Source: an archaeon
GTDB taxonomy: Archaea; Asgardarchaeota; Thorarchaeia; Thorarchaeales; Thorarchaeaceae
NCBI GenBank assembly: GCA_024276825.1
Contig: JAJRWI010000073.1
Span: 1-30,259, forward strand
DNA: 30,259 bases
Direction: 5' to 3'
The translations under genes and the position numbers were made by a program. The notes under the pieces were generated by a model. That model saw nothing but the letters and a program-made list of their open reading frames with translations. It ran no database searches and had not been told where the DNA came from. Below are positions 28,905 to 30,259 of the stretch, piece by piece (position 1 is the first letter of the stretch; every line of letters begins with the position of its first letter).

Positions 28905-29411
28905 TTAGTATCTGCGTCGTCTGTCGCGGCTGCCGTATCGACCACCGCCACTACCGCCACGTCTACTTCCACCACGACCGCCATAGCCGCCGCCACTGTA
29001 GCCCCCGCCACCATAACTACGTCGAGGACGATATTCGCGCTCATGCTCCTCAGCGGACATGTCAACCTCTTGGTTGATTTCCTCAATGGGTTCCTCAGAG
29101 TCCTCAAGCTCGCCATATCTGCCGATATTTAGCCTGAGAAATCCCTGATATAGTCCAGTATATCCGTTTTTCAACAGATACGTTGATCCGGGTTCAACCC
29201 TGTCAATTGTGTCATCCCATAGTGGTACAGTCACTACTCCGGTGCTATCACCAACAACAGCATCTGCAACACGATGGGTCTCGTTATCACGTCTAGATGT
29301 TACTTCTCTTGTTTCACCCTTCTCAACAACTTTGAAGGTGATTGTGATATTCTTCATGCGTGGCTTTAGATCCGCCACAACTGCCTCAATAGGCTCTCGT
29401 TCATAACTCAT
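28905..29411 (-). CDS. ssb: Single-OB-fold single-stranded DNA-binding protein (crenarchaeal SSB type) with Gly/Arg/Tyr tail
   Basis: VADLKP..VGDSTG..LWD..NGY..LNIGRYG OB fold, acidic linker and RGG/YGG tail. Confidence 0.9.
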   Translation of the reverse strand: MSYEREPIEAVVADLKPRMKNITITFKVVEKGETREVTSRRDNETHRVADAVVGDSTGVVTVPLWDDTIDRVEPGSTYLLKNGYTGLYQGFLRLNIGRYGELEDSEEPIEEINQEVDMSAEEHEREYRPRRSYGGGGYSGGGYGGRGGSRRGGSGGGRYGSRDRRRRY

Positions 29412-29572
29412 TGTTACGCTCTCGCTTATACTTTACAGGCCGATTTAAACAAGGAAGTTCCGGGAAACGTGCGAGAAGCAAAAAATAGCTTTCGTGTTAA
29501 TCGTTTCATAAAGTGGGAATCAGCTCTCATCGTTCGACCTGCAAGTTCATTCTTGAGTTTATCTGCTTATAA
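29412..29572 (-). promoter_or_regulatory. Promoter and structured 5' leader of ssb
   Basis: TTATAA (29567-29572) with an A-rich BRE-like flank, and an 11-bp long-range helix pairing 29534-29544 with 29433-29443. Confidence 0.55.
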
Positions 29573-29742
29573 CTTTGTTCACTTGACACCTAAAGCGTAC
29601 ATATTAAGAGTGATCCAAGGTTGTGATTGCGCAGTGCATTCACCGTCTTAGATAGTGGTAATGCAAAGAGCATATTGTCATAATCTTGGAAGTACGAGAT
29701 TCGTGTTACGTATTTTAGCACTTAATGGCTTAATGGCAGTTT

Positions 29743-30258
29743 TTAAGGTCTGTAGCAGAATAGCATTTCAATCCTATCAATTGCCAGTAGCTCAGCATTA
29801 TAAGATATAGTTCTATTCTCATTGCAATATGCTAAATCAAATGCGGATTCACCAGAGTTGGGTAGTTTTGCTTCATTCATCGGATGGATTCTGGATCGTA
29901 GGAAATACACCGCAGCGCTATCGCTGAATTCAGTTGGAAATGTATCGTTTCTAAATTCGATTCTCAAATGAAGTCTGTTATCAGAAGTATAGACCTCATA
30001 AATCCCATAAATGTTCTCAGGATAATCAGGGTCATACCTTGTGAAATGCAGCTGAACTCTATGAGGGGTGATGGTGGTGTTAAGCTCATATTCAGCCTCC
30101 CAGCTTTCAAGACCTTCATTATTTGCATAATCAGCGAAAACAACATGATGCACTACTCCAAAATATTCAGTGTCCTTGTGAATAAAGTCAAGAATCTCAG
30201 GGTATCCTCCATCCTGCCAGAGAGCACTGTTTATCCAAACACCTGTTATTTCCTCTTC
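29743..30258 (-). CDS. Hypothetical protein, 5'-truncated by the window edge
   Basis: Frame stays open from 30153 to the edge (EEEITGVWINSALWQDGG...). Beta-rich and acidic. Confidence 0.65.
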   Translation of the reverse strand, partial: EEEITGVWINSALWQDGGYPEILDFIHKDTEYFGVVHHVVFADYANNEGLESWEAEYELNTTITPHRVQLHFTRYDPDYPENIYGIYEVYTSDNRLHLRIEFRNDTFPTEFSDSAAVYFLRSRIHPMNEAKLPNSGESAFDLAYCNENRTISYNAELLAIDRIEMLFCYRP

Positions 30259-30259
30259 A

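Noticed and set aside
28850..29116. Overlapping ORFs and CCG/CCA repeats
   Set aside because: These are shadow frames of the Gly/Arg codons in the SSB tail, not a DNA repeat array.
149..30146. Numerous 60-135 aa antisense or alternate-frame ORFs in the track
   Set aside because: They lie inside well-supported genes and carry no motifs.
1..30259. CRISPR arrays, IS elements, integrases, defence systems
   Set aside because: No periodic repeats, transposase/integrase motifs or recognisable defence genes were seen.

Overview
AT-rich archaeal chromosomal window, most consistent with an Asgard archaeon (Thorarchaeota-like). This is an inference from cofE, a crenarchaeal-type SSB, a two-domain arrestin-fold protein, PAS histidine kinases and TATA-type promoters. 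It holds about 26 protein genes: adenine deaminase, CofE, CcdA plus a TlpA redoxin, TusA, DsrE, an ArsR regulator with a P1B metal ATPase (in-frame TAA), an ABC exporter, SfsA, DinB, a PLP dehydratase, a nitroreductase, arrestin, EutA, TldD/PmbA, TsaA, an ECF S component and SSB. No rRNA, tRNA, CRISPR array or transposase was recognised. The best candidate for an undescribed system is a pair of soluble PAS-PAS-histidine kinases that each end in a CxxC thioredoxin-like domain. One is catalytically intact and sits next to TusA/DsrE sulfur-relay genes; the other is a pseudokinase. A pseudo-receiver protein also lies in the window. Two unannotated structured RNAs are visible: a ~190-nt multibranched candidate ncRNA at 16145-16333 (-) and a ~130-nt structured leader of ssb. 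All calls are by eye and no searches were run.
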